Positions 48,468-61,707 of a DNA stretch of 64,000 nt are shown one piece after another. Origin of the DNA: Mobula hypostoma (taxonomy: Eukaryota); contig NC_086097.1 of assembly GCF_963921235.1 (NCBI RefSeq), forward strand, positions 138,758,001 to 138,822,000. Direction: 5' to 3'. Every line of letters starts with the position of its first letter. Position 1 is the first letter of the stretch. A model generated the notes under the pieces. That model had not been told where the DNA came from. It did not search any database and saw only the letters and a program-made list of their open reading frames with translations. Made by a program: the position numbers and the translations under genes.

Positions 48468-48580
48468 TTTATATGTATGTATATATATATATATATATAT
48501 ATATAGATAGATGGCTATGTATTTGTATGTGTGTGTATGTGTATATATATGTGTGTAATTTTATATATACACACACTTAC
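48468..48580. repeat. (AT)n/(GT)n compound microsatellite
   Basis: Direct reading. Confidence 0.9.
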
Positions 48581-48744
48581 ACTTTAATTGTTGGCCATCT
48601 GCTTCATAGTACCTGGTACTATTTCTCTGATAACTGTATTTTGGGGTGTCCAGTGGTGTGTGTGGAGAGATGTGTATCTGTTGACATCTAATTCCTGCTC
48701 TAACCCCAAGATGGTCTTTGGATCTTCAGTAAACTGGTAAATTA

Positions 48745-49365
48745 GTCTACTATTGTCGCATGTACTGAGGTAAAGGGAAGAACTTGTGTACCCTTCATAC
48801 AGATCAATTCATTACAACAGTAATGAGGTGGTACAAGATAGAGCATGAACAGAATGCAGAATAAAGTGTTACAGTTACAGACAAATTGCAGTGCAGGTAG
48901 AAAATAAAGCACCAGGTCATGATGAGGTAGACTATGAGGTCAAAAGTCCATCTTAATGTACTAGGGGACTGATGAATAATTTTATAACAGCAGGATAAAA
49001 TCTGTCCTTGAGCCTGGTGGTACATGCTTTCAGGTTTAGTATCCTCTGCTCAATGAGATGAGACAGAAGAGAGAATATCTGGGTTGGTGGAGTCTTTGAT
49101 AATGTTGGCTGCATTATGAGGCAGCGAGAAATGTAGACAGAGTACACGGAGAGGAGACTGTTTTCCGGAATTCGCTGGACTGTGTCCACCACTATCTCCA
49201 GTTTTTTTTTTATGGTCTCAGGAAGAAGAATTACCATACCAAGAGCTGCTGCATTCAGATAGGATGCTTTCTGTGGTGCACCGATAAAAACTGGTGAGGA
49301 CCAAAGGCAACATGCCAAACTTCTTAAGCCTCCAGAGGAAGTAGAGGCGTTGGTGAGCTTTCTTG
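48745..49365 (-). mobile_element. Rex1/Babar-like 3' fragment
   Basis: KKLEIVVDTVQRI...LKACTTRLKDRFYPAVIKL. Confidence 0.8.
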
Positions 49366-49429
49366 GTCTAAATGCTAGAAGTACTCAGTGGTCAGTCAGA
49401 GACAGAGTTCTGATGAAAGGTTATTAACA

Positions 49430-50625
49430 AAGAACATAGAACAATACAGCACAGTAGAGGCCCTTTGGCACGCACTATTGTGCCAACCTTTTAACATAAT
49501 CGAAGATCAAGATAACCCTTCTGCCCTACATTGCTCTCCAGTTCTCTATCATCCATCTAAGAGATCCTTAAATGTCCCTAATGTATCTGCCTCCACAAGC
49601 ACCACTGGCAGGATGTTACCACTCACTGTGTAAGGAACTTACCTCTGTGACCCTGCCTGTACTTCCCTCTAATCACCTTAAAATTATGTCTGCTTGTATC
49701 AGCCATTTTTGCCCTGGGAGGAAGTCTCTGGCTATCCACTCTATCTATGCCACTGATCATCTTGTACCCTTCTAGCGAGTCACTGCTTATCCTCCTTTGC
49801 TCCAGAGAGAAAAGCCCAAGCTCGCTCAACCTATGTTCATAAGACATACTCTCTAATCCAGGCAGCATTCTGGTAAATCTCCTCTGCATTCTCTCTACAA
49901 CTTCCTCATCCTTCCTAAAGGATGAGGCATCTAGGACTGAACACAATATTCCACACCTGTCCTGACCAGAGTTTTATAGAGCTGCAACATTACCTTATGG
50001 TTTTTAATCTCAGTCCCCCGCCTAATGAAGGCCAACACATCATACTCCTTCTTAACCAACTATCATCTTGCGCAACAACTTTATAGGATCTATGGATGGG
50101 GATCCCAAGATCCACCTGTTCCTCCAAGTTGTCAAGAATCCTGCCATTAATCCTGTATTCTGCTTTCAAATTCAACCTTCCAAAGTTAATCACTTCACAC
50201 TTTTCCGGGTTGAACTCTATCTGCTGCTTTGCAGCCCAGCTCTGCGTCTTGTCTGCTGCAACCTACAACCACCCTGTACACTATCCACAACTCCAGCAAC
50301 TTCTGAGTCGTCTGCAAACTTACTAATAGCCCTTCCACTTCTTCATCCAAGTCACTTATAAAAATCACAAAGACAGGGGTCCTGGAAGAGATCCCTGTGG
50401 AGCACCATTGGTCACTGACCTCCAGACAGAATACACTCCATCTACGATCAGCCTCTGCCTTCTCTGGGCAAGCCAATTCTGTATCCACACAGCCAGGTTT
50501 CCCCGGATCCCATACCTCCTGACTTTCAGAATAGGGGGACACCTTCTCAAACACCTTACACCACATCCACGTTGATCTACCTTCATCAACGTGCTGCCTT
50601 CATCCTCAAAGAATTGAATCAGGCT
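49430..50625 (-). mobile_element. Decayed CR1 3' half
   Basis: YGIRGNLAVWIQNWLAQRRQR, GAPQGS, ERMQRRFTRMLPGLE. Confidence 0.9.
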
Positions 50626-51547
50626 TCTGGGGTATGACAGGCCTTTTTGCTTCTGGAATACTTGCAGAGTGGGATTGAGCATGGGTTGAGAATGACCGGG
50701 GTTCAAATCCCAACAGGTTCATTATTGGAAAACTCAGGTGTGGTGGACTTACAGAAGGAGGAGAACGGATTCCTTAGGACAGTAACACAACTGAGAGGTC
50801 ACTGTCAGCCAGAGGGAGGGCTGAGGTGGGCTTTGTATTCTAGTACTGGAAGGCTACGGAGTTGGATAAGGCTATCAAAGGGTCCAAGGAAGCTGTCCCC
50901 ATGCAAAACTTAGAGCCATAAGTATAAGGGGCTCGCCAATTAACCCCGTGAGGAATTCAGATGAAGGAGAGGGTGGAATTGGAGGGGCTGGCATAGAGTG
51001 GAATCACCAGCATAGAGCAGAGGGGACAAGTGGCCTGTAAAGCTGTATCAGCAGTTATGGGGTTAACGCAACATCTCTGATTGGACTCTGCAGGGTTTGT
51101 TTCACAAACTGAAGGGATGGCAAAGCAGGCTGCATATAAATAACCATTCACCAGTCCATAGAGCAAGAATGGATCCTACACCGCCAGCCACACAGTTGGT
51201 GTCTGCTCTGAGATTCAGTGCTTGCTTACATCAAAATATTCAGAGGCATGAAAGTATGCTCATGAGCCAGTTTCTGTGTTGGATGGAGACTACAGTCACT
51301 GATTGGTTTCTATGTGCTGTAACCTAGCTGTATTTTTCTTAGGTGGACTAAAGCTTTAATCTGGATCCCTCACCCACATCCAGAGCCCTGTTGCACTGTC
51401 CCACACCTTCCACCCAAAGCTCTCACCCAACTCCGCCCATTACCCACCCAGCTTTAAGGTCAGGGATAGCTAGGTGAGCAGTTACTTATAGAAACTGAGT
51501 TTTATTAAAAACGTCAACCTCCTACTCTGCCCTCGCCCAAGTGTTCA

Positions 51548-52245
51548 AGCCAAGTTTATTGTAATGTGTACGTATATGGTGAAGTACAGGTACACAATGA
51601 AAAACTTACTTGTAGCAGAATTACAGGCAGGTATGTTGAGACAACACGCTGAATATAAATGATGCATGAATTATAGTGAAGATAGAGAAGAAAAAATGCA
51701 CTGTGCAAACACAGGATATCACCACAAGAAACAAAGGCACTATCCAAGACAAGTCCATGGTAGTGCAAGAGCTGCTCCATAGCGTTCCATTGCTGAGATA
51801 GGGTTAGGATTGTGCAGGCCGATTCAAGAATCTGATGGCTGTGGAGAAAGCAGCTGCTCCTGAACCTGGTTCCTAAAAGTGGGACAAAAGGCTCCGGTAC
51901 GTCCTACCTGCTGGTAGCAGCGAGAAGATGGCATGATCCAGATGATCAGGATTGTTGCTGGTGGATGCTGCCTTCTTGGGGCAGCACCTCCTGTAGGCGC
52001 TGTCAGTGGTGGGGAAGTCTGTGCTTTTGATGAGCTAGGTGAAGCCCACTACTCTCTACAGCCTCTTGCCTTCCCGTGTTTTGGCAAGCCGTACCAGGCC
52101 ACCAGTCAGGATATGTTCAACGGTGTAGAGGTAGAAGTTTCTTTGAGTATTTGGTGATGTGCTAAATCCCCTTAAGCTTATAATAAAGTAGAGGCACTGG
52201 CATGCCTTCTTAATGATTGTATTTATGTGCTGGGACCAGGACAAT
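51548..52245 (-). mobile_element. Rex1/Babar-like 3' fragment
   Basis: LSWSQHINTIIKKACQCLYFIISLRGF..FYLYTVEHILTG; 3' UTR ending tacaataaacttg. Confidence 0.8.
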
Positions 52246-52330
52246 TTAACTGAGTTCAACAGCTTCCGGCGTTTACTTCTCCCACTCTGTCTCTTGTTTC
52301 ATTACTTACCTACCATTGCATTTCTCTGTA

Positions 52331-55204
52331 AAGTCATAGAAAAGTACAGCACAGGAACAGACCCTTCGGCCCATCTAGTCTGTGCCGAACCATTTAAACT
52401 GCTTATTCCCATTGACCTACACCAGGACTATAGCCCTCTATAGCCCTACAATCCATGTACCTATCCAAACTTCTCTTAAATATTGAAACCAAGCTCACAT
52501 GCAGCATTTGCACTGGTTCCACACTCTCTCAACACTCTGAGTGATGAAGTTCCCCCTCATGTTCCCCTTAAACTTTTCACCTTTCACCCTTAACCCATGA
52601 CATATAGTTGTAGTTTCACACAACCTCAGTGGAAAAAGCCTGCTTGCATTTACCCTATCTATACTCCTCATAATTCTATATATCTTTATCAAATCTCCTC
52701 TCAATCTTCTACATTCCAAGGAATAAAGTCATAGCCTGTTTATTCTTTCTATATAACTCGGGTTCTCTACAGCCAGCAACATCCTTGTAAATTTTCTCTG
52801 TATTCTTTCAATCTTATTTATATCTTTCCTATGGGTAGGTAACCAAAACTGCACAAAATACTCCATATTAGGCCTCTCCAACGTCTATACAATTTCAACA
52901 TAACACCCCAACTTCTGTACTCAATACTTCGATTTATGAAGGCCAATGTACTAAAAGCATTCTTTATGACCTTTTCTACCTGTGGGCAATTTTCAATGAA
53001 TTATGCACCTGTATTCCCGGACCCCTTTGTTCTACCACACTCCCCAGTGCCCTACTATTCACTGTGTAAGACCTGACCTGATTGGTCCTACCAAAGCGTA
53101 ACACTTCACACTTCTCTGCAATAAATTCCATCTGTCATTTTTCAGCCTATTTTTCCAGCTGGCCCAGATTCCACTGCAAGCCATGATAGTCTTCCTCGTA
53201 GCCCACTACACCACCAATCTTGTTGTCATCCACAAATTTGCCAATCCATTTAACCACATTATCACCCAGATAGTTGATATAAATGACAAACAACAACAGA
53301 CTCAACACCGATCCCTGTGGCACTCCTCTAGTCACAATCTTTCAGTCAGAGAGGCAACCATCTACTACCACTCTCTGGTTTCTCCCACAAAGCCAAATGT
53401 CTAATCCAATTTACTACCTCACCCTGAATACTGAACAACTAAACCTTGACCAGTCTCCCTTGTCAAAGGTCTTGCTGAAGTCCATTTAGCCAACATCCAC
53501 TACAGTCTTCATCAACTTTCCTGGTAACTTAGGTTGAAAAAAATCTATAAATTGGTTCGATATGACCTACCATGCTGACTATCCTTAACCAGTCTATGTC
53601 TATTCAAATACTCAGTCCCTTAGAATACCTTCCAATAGCTTTCCCACTAGTGATATCACGCTCATCGGCCTATAACTTCCTGGTTTATTTTTAGAGACTT
53701 TTTTAATACAGCGGAACAACATTGGTTATCCTCCAATTGTCTGGTACTTCACATGTTGCTAAGGATCAGGGCCCCAACAATTTCTGCACTTGCTTCCAAC
53801 AGGGTTCAAGGGAACACCTTGTCAGGCACTGGGGATTTATCCACCATAGTTTGCCTCAAGGCAGCAAACACCTCCTCCTCTGTAATCTGTATAGGCTCTC
53901 TGAAGTTGACGCCATTTCCCCTCACTTCTATTGACTCTGTGTAAATACAGATGCAAACAATTAATTTAAGATCTCCCCTATCTTTTTTGATAGGGGAGAT
54001 CTTAAATTAATTGCTTGCATTTGCATGCATGGATTACTGTTCTGGTCCAATTTTGTCCCTTGTAATCCATTTGCTCTTAACATATGTGTAGGATTCTTAT
54101 CGTACCTTAAGTTTCTCTTTCACCTTGTCTGCTAAGGCAACTTCATGCCTTTTTTAACCCTCCTGATTTCTTTCTTAAGTGTTCTCTTGCATTTCTTATA
54201 CTCCATAAGCACCTCAATTGTTCCTACCTGGCTATGCCTGCAATACACTTCCTTTTATTTCTTAATCAGGGCATCAATGTCTCTTGAAAACCAAGGTTCC
54301 CTAAACCTGTTATCTTTACCTTTTATTCTGACAGGCACATACAAGGTTTGTACTCTCAAAATTTCACTTTTGAAGGCCTCCCACTTACCAAGTACACCCT
54401 TGCCAGAAAGCTGCCTGTCCCAATCCATGCTCGCCAGATCCTTTCTGATACCATTGTAACTGGTCTTTCTCCGATTTAGAATCTCAACCCATGGACCAGA
54501 CCTATTTATTTACATATTTACTTTGAAACTAATGGCATTGTGATGACTGGATGCAAAGCATTCCCCTACACAAACTTCTGTCACCTGCCCTGTCTCATTC
54601 CTTAGTAGCATTTTAAGTATCGCACACTCTCTTGCTGGGACTTTATGGACTGATTAAGGAAACTTTCCTGAACACATTCAGCAAGTTCTATCCCATCTAG
54701 TCCTTTTACAGTATGACAGTCCCAGTCTATATGTGGGAAGCTAAAATCACCTACTATACCAACCTTACGTTTCTTGCATCAGTCTACGATCTCCCTCAAG
54801 CTGTTGGGTGGTCTGTAATATAGCCCCATTAATAGGGGCACTGTCGTGACATTTTCCTTGACTAGTAATGCCAACCCTCCTCCCATAATCTCTCCCACTC
54901 TGTCTCATCTACAACAATGGAACCACGAAATACTGAGCTGCCAGTTCTGCCCCTTCTGCAACCATTTCACTTATAGCTACAATATCATAACCCCAGCTTT
55001 TGATCCACGCTCTGAGCTCATCTGCCTTTCCTACAGTACTTTTTGCAGCTCAGGACATTAGCCGCACCATGCTCAACCTTTGGATTCCTGACTTTGAGAT
55101 TTTAACAATATCAGTCCCCACAACCTCTCCACTATCTGTTCTATTCCCCTGCAAGTCTAGTTTAACCCCCCCCATCACCCCATGCAGCACTAGCAAACCT
55201 TCCC
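52331..55204 (-). mobile_element. Older CR1 LINE spanning the ORF1 end to the 3' UTR, decayed with deletions
   Basis: RRLRGDLIKIY, GVPQGSVLSLLLF, KFVDDNK; ORF1 end GRFASAA..LN* at 55157-55204. Confidence 0.9.
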
Positions 55205-55289
55205 ACTATCCTTCCCTTTTCACACAATCTTCCTATACAGACCTCTCTTCCATCCCTTTCTTCTCTCTCTTTTCTCTGCATCGTAACAT

Positions 55290-55400
55290 CTGTTTATTCT
55301 ATTTTCCCCAGACAGAGAGAAGGTCATTGACTTCAAACATCGACTGTGTTTTCCTTCTCTGATGCTGCTGCCCCACTGAGTGTTCCCAGCATTCTCTACT
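55290..55400 (+). mobile_element. Very decayed Penelope pseudo-LTR fragment
   Basis: aaacatcgactgtgttttcc..gatgctgctgccccactgagtgttcccagcatt. Confidence 0.5.
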
Positions 55401-58400
55401 ATAACGAGACAACAAAAGATAATCACAGAGTGGGCAACATCTGGTAAAGGGAAGGCGGATGATCATTCTTGATAGAGTTGATAGCAACAGAAATTAAAAA
55501 CACGAGGACTCTGTTAATAGATCTGACCTTCAACGGGCAGAGGAGAGAGAACATGAAGAGATTAGTTGACAGAAGTGCAAATTCGCTATCCCACCATCTT
55601 AGTGATGCTGTGATGGAGCGTCTGTTCTAAGCTTGGTCTGACCATGCTCACTGTTTACAGTGTGGTTCACTCTTTGCTTAAACCTCTTCATAGCTATGGA
55701 GCGTCACTCCATAACTGCATTGATTTACACTTCTTTTTAAAGGTTTTCGCCCATTTCTCTTTATGTTAAAGTTTTTAATTGACTTTTTAAACCTATTGCC
55801 CAATTTAATGTGTTAACATCCTGAAGCTATTTCTCAAAAGAAAACAGAATGATTCAGTGTTAGGTGTGGATAAATATATGGAGAGAGTTCACCACCTTCT
55901 TGTAGATGGTAAAAAGACCTTGGGCTGTCAGGACGTGAGTCAGTCGATATATAATACCTAGCCTCTGACCAGCTTTCATGGTCATGGTACTTACATGACT
56001 GGTCCAGGTCAATCTCTAGGCAATGGTGGCTACCTGCAAGTTGGTGGCGAGAGATTGTGCTGTGGTAATGCCATTGAATGCTGTAGATAAGCAACCCAAA
56101 TCTGTGTGTCAAGTGACAGTCGCATTACAAAAGTGCCAGACAATGACCATCTCCGCGGGCACCCTAGTGATGAGAGTGTTACTTGTCACTTAGCAGTCTT
56201 TGCTATGTGCAGCATTAGGGTTTTTCATTTGCAACCATCAGTGAACATCCCCACATCTGACCTTACGACAGGAGCAAGGGTGTTGAAGTGGCTGAAAATG
56301 CCCCGAAGAACTCTGGCCAACCACTAGAGTGATCTCCCATTGACACCCAGTAATTTCAGGCTTGCAGGGGCTCCATATGGACAAAAGATCACAACTGATG
56401 TCACTGTAAGCTCAGCTCTGCATTTCCACTCACCCTTGCCGATCTTTCACCTTTTTCCTTCCCAGCAATCTGTCCACATCCATCTTAATAATATTCTGCA
56501 GAGCATGCACGCAGGCACACCTCGACACACTCATTGCCACACAGACACAAATACACACTCGGACACAAACACACGGGGACACTCATTTCCATTTGTGCAT
56601 TAATAATGAAATGTTATTAAAAACTCACCGAATGTACCTTGTGATTACTCATAGGCTGATTACATGAGTTAATTACGGAACGATAGATAACCTGTTTGTA
56701 GTTAATTCGAGACAGATTTGGCCAGATGGAGCAAGGAAGCAAGCTGCCGGAAGATCTCAGTGGGTCAGGCGGCAACTGTCGAGCAAAGGGATGGTTAGCC
56801 GGCTGACTTCTTTCAGCAGTCTGTACTTTGCTCCAGATTCCAAAGTCTGCTGCCGCTTGTATCACTGCCGGCCAGATGAAGATTTGACATCCAGGACAAA
56901 TAAATCTTGCCTCACTTTTGACTGTATATTGGTCCAGTTGCACTGAAACAGAAAGGGAATCCGGTGCTGGATAGTTTTAATGCTTGGAAGGTGAATGAGA
57001 AACCTGAATTGAAATTTAGTTTCCTTGATAGCCACACAATTGAGGTCTGCTGCCTTTGCATTACACCGGGCAGGTCAAGGCCAGTGACAGGAACGAAACG
57101 TCACCCTGATCCTCGGAACTGCACACATTATGCATCAAGTGAGTGTGCCCAGTCTAGCTGTCAGACTGCCCCTCAATAAACAAGTTTTATTCCACACCCA
57201 CGCTGAGTACTTAATCCAAACTGTCCACATGCAGAACCATTTCCTAGTGTGAAAATTATTAAAACGTGTGCATAATGCTGTGGTCTCACCATGAATAAAG
57301 TGAGATCTTGCTTCTACATCAGACATACATGAAACATTCAACATTCTCCCCGCGGCCTCATAGTAAGCCCACTGACCCAATCTCCAGTCCTCACACTAAA
57401 CCACTGACCCACTGTCCCCACCCCCACCACAGCTCTGCGTCAATCCCATCTGTTTTCTTCAAGCGAAGGAATTTTATTCCACTTTGATGAAAATGACAAA
57501 AACTAATCTAATGTCATCTAAATTAATCTCACTGCCCTGCTCTCTCCCCAGAGCACTCTTAACCCACTCCCGGCTTTCTTCCCCCAGCCTTTTACCAAGC
57601 CCAAACTAATCCCACTGCCTCACCCTCTCGTGACATCCCTATACCAGTGCCTAAACTAAGTCCACGCCCAGTGCTCTCCCCACATTCCTGTATCAGTCCC
57701 CAAACTACTCCCGTTGCCCTGTTCTCTGCCCAGATCCCTGTATTAGAGTCGAACCTAATCGTATTGCCCTGCTCTCTTCCCACAGCCCTGTATAAACCCC
57801 AGCCTGATCCCACTCCCTGTCCTCCCACCGTGTCAGTGAATTAATTCCATATTTACATCCATGCTGATACTGCACATCCACTGGAAGTGAAATCCTCCCG
57901 CACTGTGCTCCTCCTGGATGGCTCATCTCTGCTCCGCTTACTGATTCCTTTCCCATCTCTCCTGCCCGTCCTTTGGCTGCTGATAAACACCAGTGGTCTC
58001 AAAGAAATTCTTTCTCATCTCTGGATGTTAAAACCTGATCTCTTATTGAGAATTTGAAGGAAGCAGCAAGATGGTTATAGGCACTGTGTAAGCAGGAAGG
58101 ATGGATGAGTTTAGAAGTTCTGATTTAAAGCCAGATGTTGGAGGTCAGAGATCTTTTCAGGAATGAGTCTGCCAACAGCCACACCTGCTCTGAGGGGTTG
58201 AAAATTCCCCATCCACCAACCCCCCTGTGGCAGATGCATCTGGCCATGAGCACCACGGCCCCTCTTCATATAGAGGATATTCCCCAGCATGTTATGCCAA
58301 ACGGGGCAGAACCACAGCGCATCTGGCATCCACTCAATACTGAGCATCCGTGAGACGCTGAGGTCCTTCATCAGAAGTTTTCGCCGTCCCAGTCGGTAAC

Positions 58401-59069
58401 CTCGCGGCCGACACACCGCCCTCGCCCACCGTCACTGTCAGACTCGGGTCAATGGGCTGTGCAGGAGGGCAGGTAGGGAGCAGCCTCAGGTCTGTCCACC
58501 TGAAGCTGATGAGGTCCCCGCCCAGTGAAGCTGCAGTTGGACCCCACGCTGCTCAACATCACCAGCAGCGGGTGATAGAGCTCAGTGACCTCACGGGGGA
58601 TCGGATGCAAGCTCTGCAGTCTGCCTCATCTGGTTGTGGATGGGGGTAACGGGTGGAGGGGGCTCCAGGGTCGACCCCTACCCTCAGTGAGGGTGGAGCA
58701 GCCTGAGAGTGCTGGGGACAAGACTGACCTATATATAACCACGTTCAGGGTGCTCGGTCTCTAACCCTCCTGAGACCCCACTGGCACAGAAACCCATCTC
58801 CATTCACTCCATGACAGACAGCACCAGGGACAGTAAAGGCCACGGCACCAGCCACACTCCAGTTGTGGTTCTGAACCAGCTGCACCTCCAGTCACAACAC
58901 TGGTAACTACCTGACCACAGGTACATCCCAGGTAAGGAGGCAGCATAAACCAGCCCATCTCATCATCACACAATCAACCCACTTTCAGTCAGCAGTACAG
59001 TGATAGAAGTTGTCATCTATACTGTCGTCATTTACTGTTTACTTACCAATAACTTCTCATTGACTTCAG

Positions 59070-59720
59070 AACTCAAGGAGCACAATACAATCATGGCTGA
59101 TCTGTGTTAACCTCAGTTCCACTTCTGTGCCAGCTTCCCAGCTTCTGTTCTTTGATCTGTCGATATTTATCCATCACAACTTAAATACATCTCATGATCC
59201 AGCTTCCACCACTCTCGGGTTTAGAGATTTCCAGAGGTTCACCATCCACTGCCCCCTCAGGCACAGATAAGCCGGATGGTAAGGCTTTTCCCAGAGTAGG
59301 GGAGTCCAAAACTAGGTGGTATAGGTTTAGGGTGAGAGAGAACAGGTCTAAAAGTGACCTGAGAGGCAACATTTTCACACAGAGGATGGTGAAAATATGA
59401 AACGAGCTGTCAGTGGAAGTGATTGAAGCAGGTACAATAGAGTGATTTGGTGGAGCAGGTCTTAGAGGGGTATGGGCTGAATTCAGGAAATCCGGTCTAG
59501 CTGGGTGAGCACCATGGCTAGCATGGACTTGTTGGGCCAAAGGGTCAGTATCTGTGCTCTATTGCTCTATGAAGAAATTTCTATGCGCCTGTGTTAAAAA
59601 ATCAGCCCTGACTTTGTAGCTATATCCTATTGCTTGTGACTCTCCCACAAGTGAAAGCATCCTAACATTGACCTTGTCAAGTTCCCTTAGGGTCTTATAT
59701 GTTTGAAAATGGTTACCTCA
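59070..59720. mobile_element. CR1 3' fragment (+, 59265-59570) inside a decayed CR1 3' end (-)
   Basis: AFPRVGESKTRWYRFRVR..DLRGNIFTQRMV; flanks resemble a CR1 3' UTR on the reverse strand. Confidence 0.75.
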
Positions 59721-60491
59721 AAACATTTCACTCTCATACCAACAGTGATCCATCTTTCCTGGACGGGGAAGGTTGATACATAAAATTGGGATAGAATTCA
59801 CTTCCCCAAAAATAAAAGCAAAGAAATTTCTGGGGCCTCAGAGGCAGAAAAGGGGGTAAAGGATGTGGTTGATCAGTTCTCGGGAGAAGCACACTGTTCT
59901 AGGACGATCACTTTTACCATACGGGTTCCATTCTGTGACCTTAGGGCTCAATCACTTCTGCTGAATTAAGGTACTATTAGAATCTCTCTCAATAAATTGC
60001 TGTTTATTGAAAAATTTCCCATTAGTTGCTTTTAATCCCACGCCATGTCACATGATAATTACAAACCCTTATTAGTACATCCAGTGGACTAGCCCCAGGG
60101 ATCAATGACACTGTTACCATAAACCCAAGTTGTCTATCTAATACTTATCTCCTTGCTGTTCCGAAGAATGATCTGTACACAAGTGAACAGTGCCATTGAA
60201 GAGACTTGGAATGGCTCAGTCATTGGGAATATTCTTCAGCATAATTGCTTTGACTGCTATTCACTGGGAGCTAAGTTAAAACTTAAGGAACACTTGACAT
60301 GGATACCCTAGTCATTATACACAGTTATAAGAAGCAGAGATGTCAAACCCACTCAATGGACAACAATCTGCATTTATATACTGTTTAACATGGCTCAGAG
60401 TACTCATATCAAAATTAGGTGACTTAGTAACCAAAGAACTTGGTTAAAGGGCTGGATTTTAGAGGCTTTTAAAAGAGGGATTTGGTAAGTA

Positions 60492-60750
60492 GCAAACACA
60501 AAATAATCTGCAGATGCTGGGGTCAAAGCAACACTCACAACATGCTGGAGGAACTCAGCAGGTCGGGCAGCATCCGTGGAAAAGATTGGTCGACGTTTCG
60601 GGCTGGAACCCTTCATCAGGCCTGTAGGGGGAAGGGGCAGAGGCCCTATAAAGAAGGTGGGGGGAGGGTGGGAAGGAGAAGGCTGGTAGGTTCCAGGTGA
60701 AAAACCAGTAAGGGGAAAGATAAAGGGGTGGGGCAAGGGAGGCAGGGAGG
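60492..60750 (-). mobile_element. Penelope pseudo-LTR element
   Basis: Near-identical to 33446-33687. Confidence 0.85.
60587..60624 (-). ncRNA. Minimal type-I hammerhead ribozyme motif with intact catalytic core
   Basis: CAGGC-CUGAUGA-A-GGGU(UCCA)GCCC-GAA-ACGU-C-GACCA; helix I is weakened by mismatches. Confidence 0.7.
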
Positions 60751-61707
60751 TGGTCAGATTCCAGAGGTGGGGCCCAGGCAGTTGAAGGCACAGCCACCAG
60801 TGGTGGAGCGATGGGAATCAGAGAGAATCAAGTGACCGGATCAGTAAATCTATGAAAGTCAATATTCCAGGTTAGAACAGAAATGTTTTGATCAGAGAAT
60901 TTGTGAATGATGAATCAGGAAGAGATCAAACTGTTGTTGCTTTGCCCTCATTTCAAAGTATACTAGATGTAGACTATACCACTGTGCCTTCAATATCTGT
61001 TGGAAGAAATTATCAGTGATATTCCTTCACTGATATATTCATGATGCTGATATTATTCCTAGGATCAATCATATCAGTATTGGAGCATTCAGGAAGTGAC
61101 CAAGTTATGGAGGAAAGGCAAGCTAAATGGCATGGGTAACATTCATTTAATTGCTAAACAGTGATCTTGCAGTCTGCTTCCTGTTACCATAATAAAAATC
61201 ACACTGCGATTGTAATTTTAGTTTGCTAACAACTGATGTGCTTTGATACCACCAGGGTCTAGCTGTGTAGAGTGCTTCTTTTCCCTGTACTTAAAACATT
61301 GTGAAATTAAGAATTGAATTTGAATTTTCAGCAGTGACCCAAGATCAGACAGCTCAGTGGAAAATTCTCCTTACTTTGAGCCCCCGAGCTTCCTGCAATG
61401 CTCAGTTGAAAGGACAACCAAGAGATCCTATCCTTGGCCAGGGAAAACATGGGAGTCCCAATCCCTCCAGTTTCATTGACACCAACTCCCGTCCAGGCAA
61501 GCCTGCTGGTTTCCCACCCAGTCACGCAGCAGCACCAAGAATGAGACATTGTTAGATGGACAGAACTGTAATTCATAAAAGATCTGCCAAATCTAGAGTC
61601 CCAGCACCAACATCCCTCCTTCATGAGGATGGGGGCAATATCTGAGTGACCCAGCTCAGATTTTAAGGTCCTGTTCAACATCATAGAAACAAATTCTCTC
61701 TCTCTAC

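Noticed and set aside
58355..58380. CTGATGA on the - strand as another hammerhead (also ctgatga near 49410 +)
   Set aside because: No helix II followed by a GAAA box at the proper spacing.
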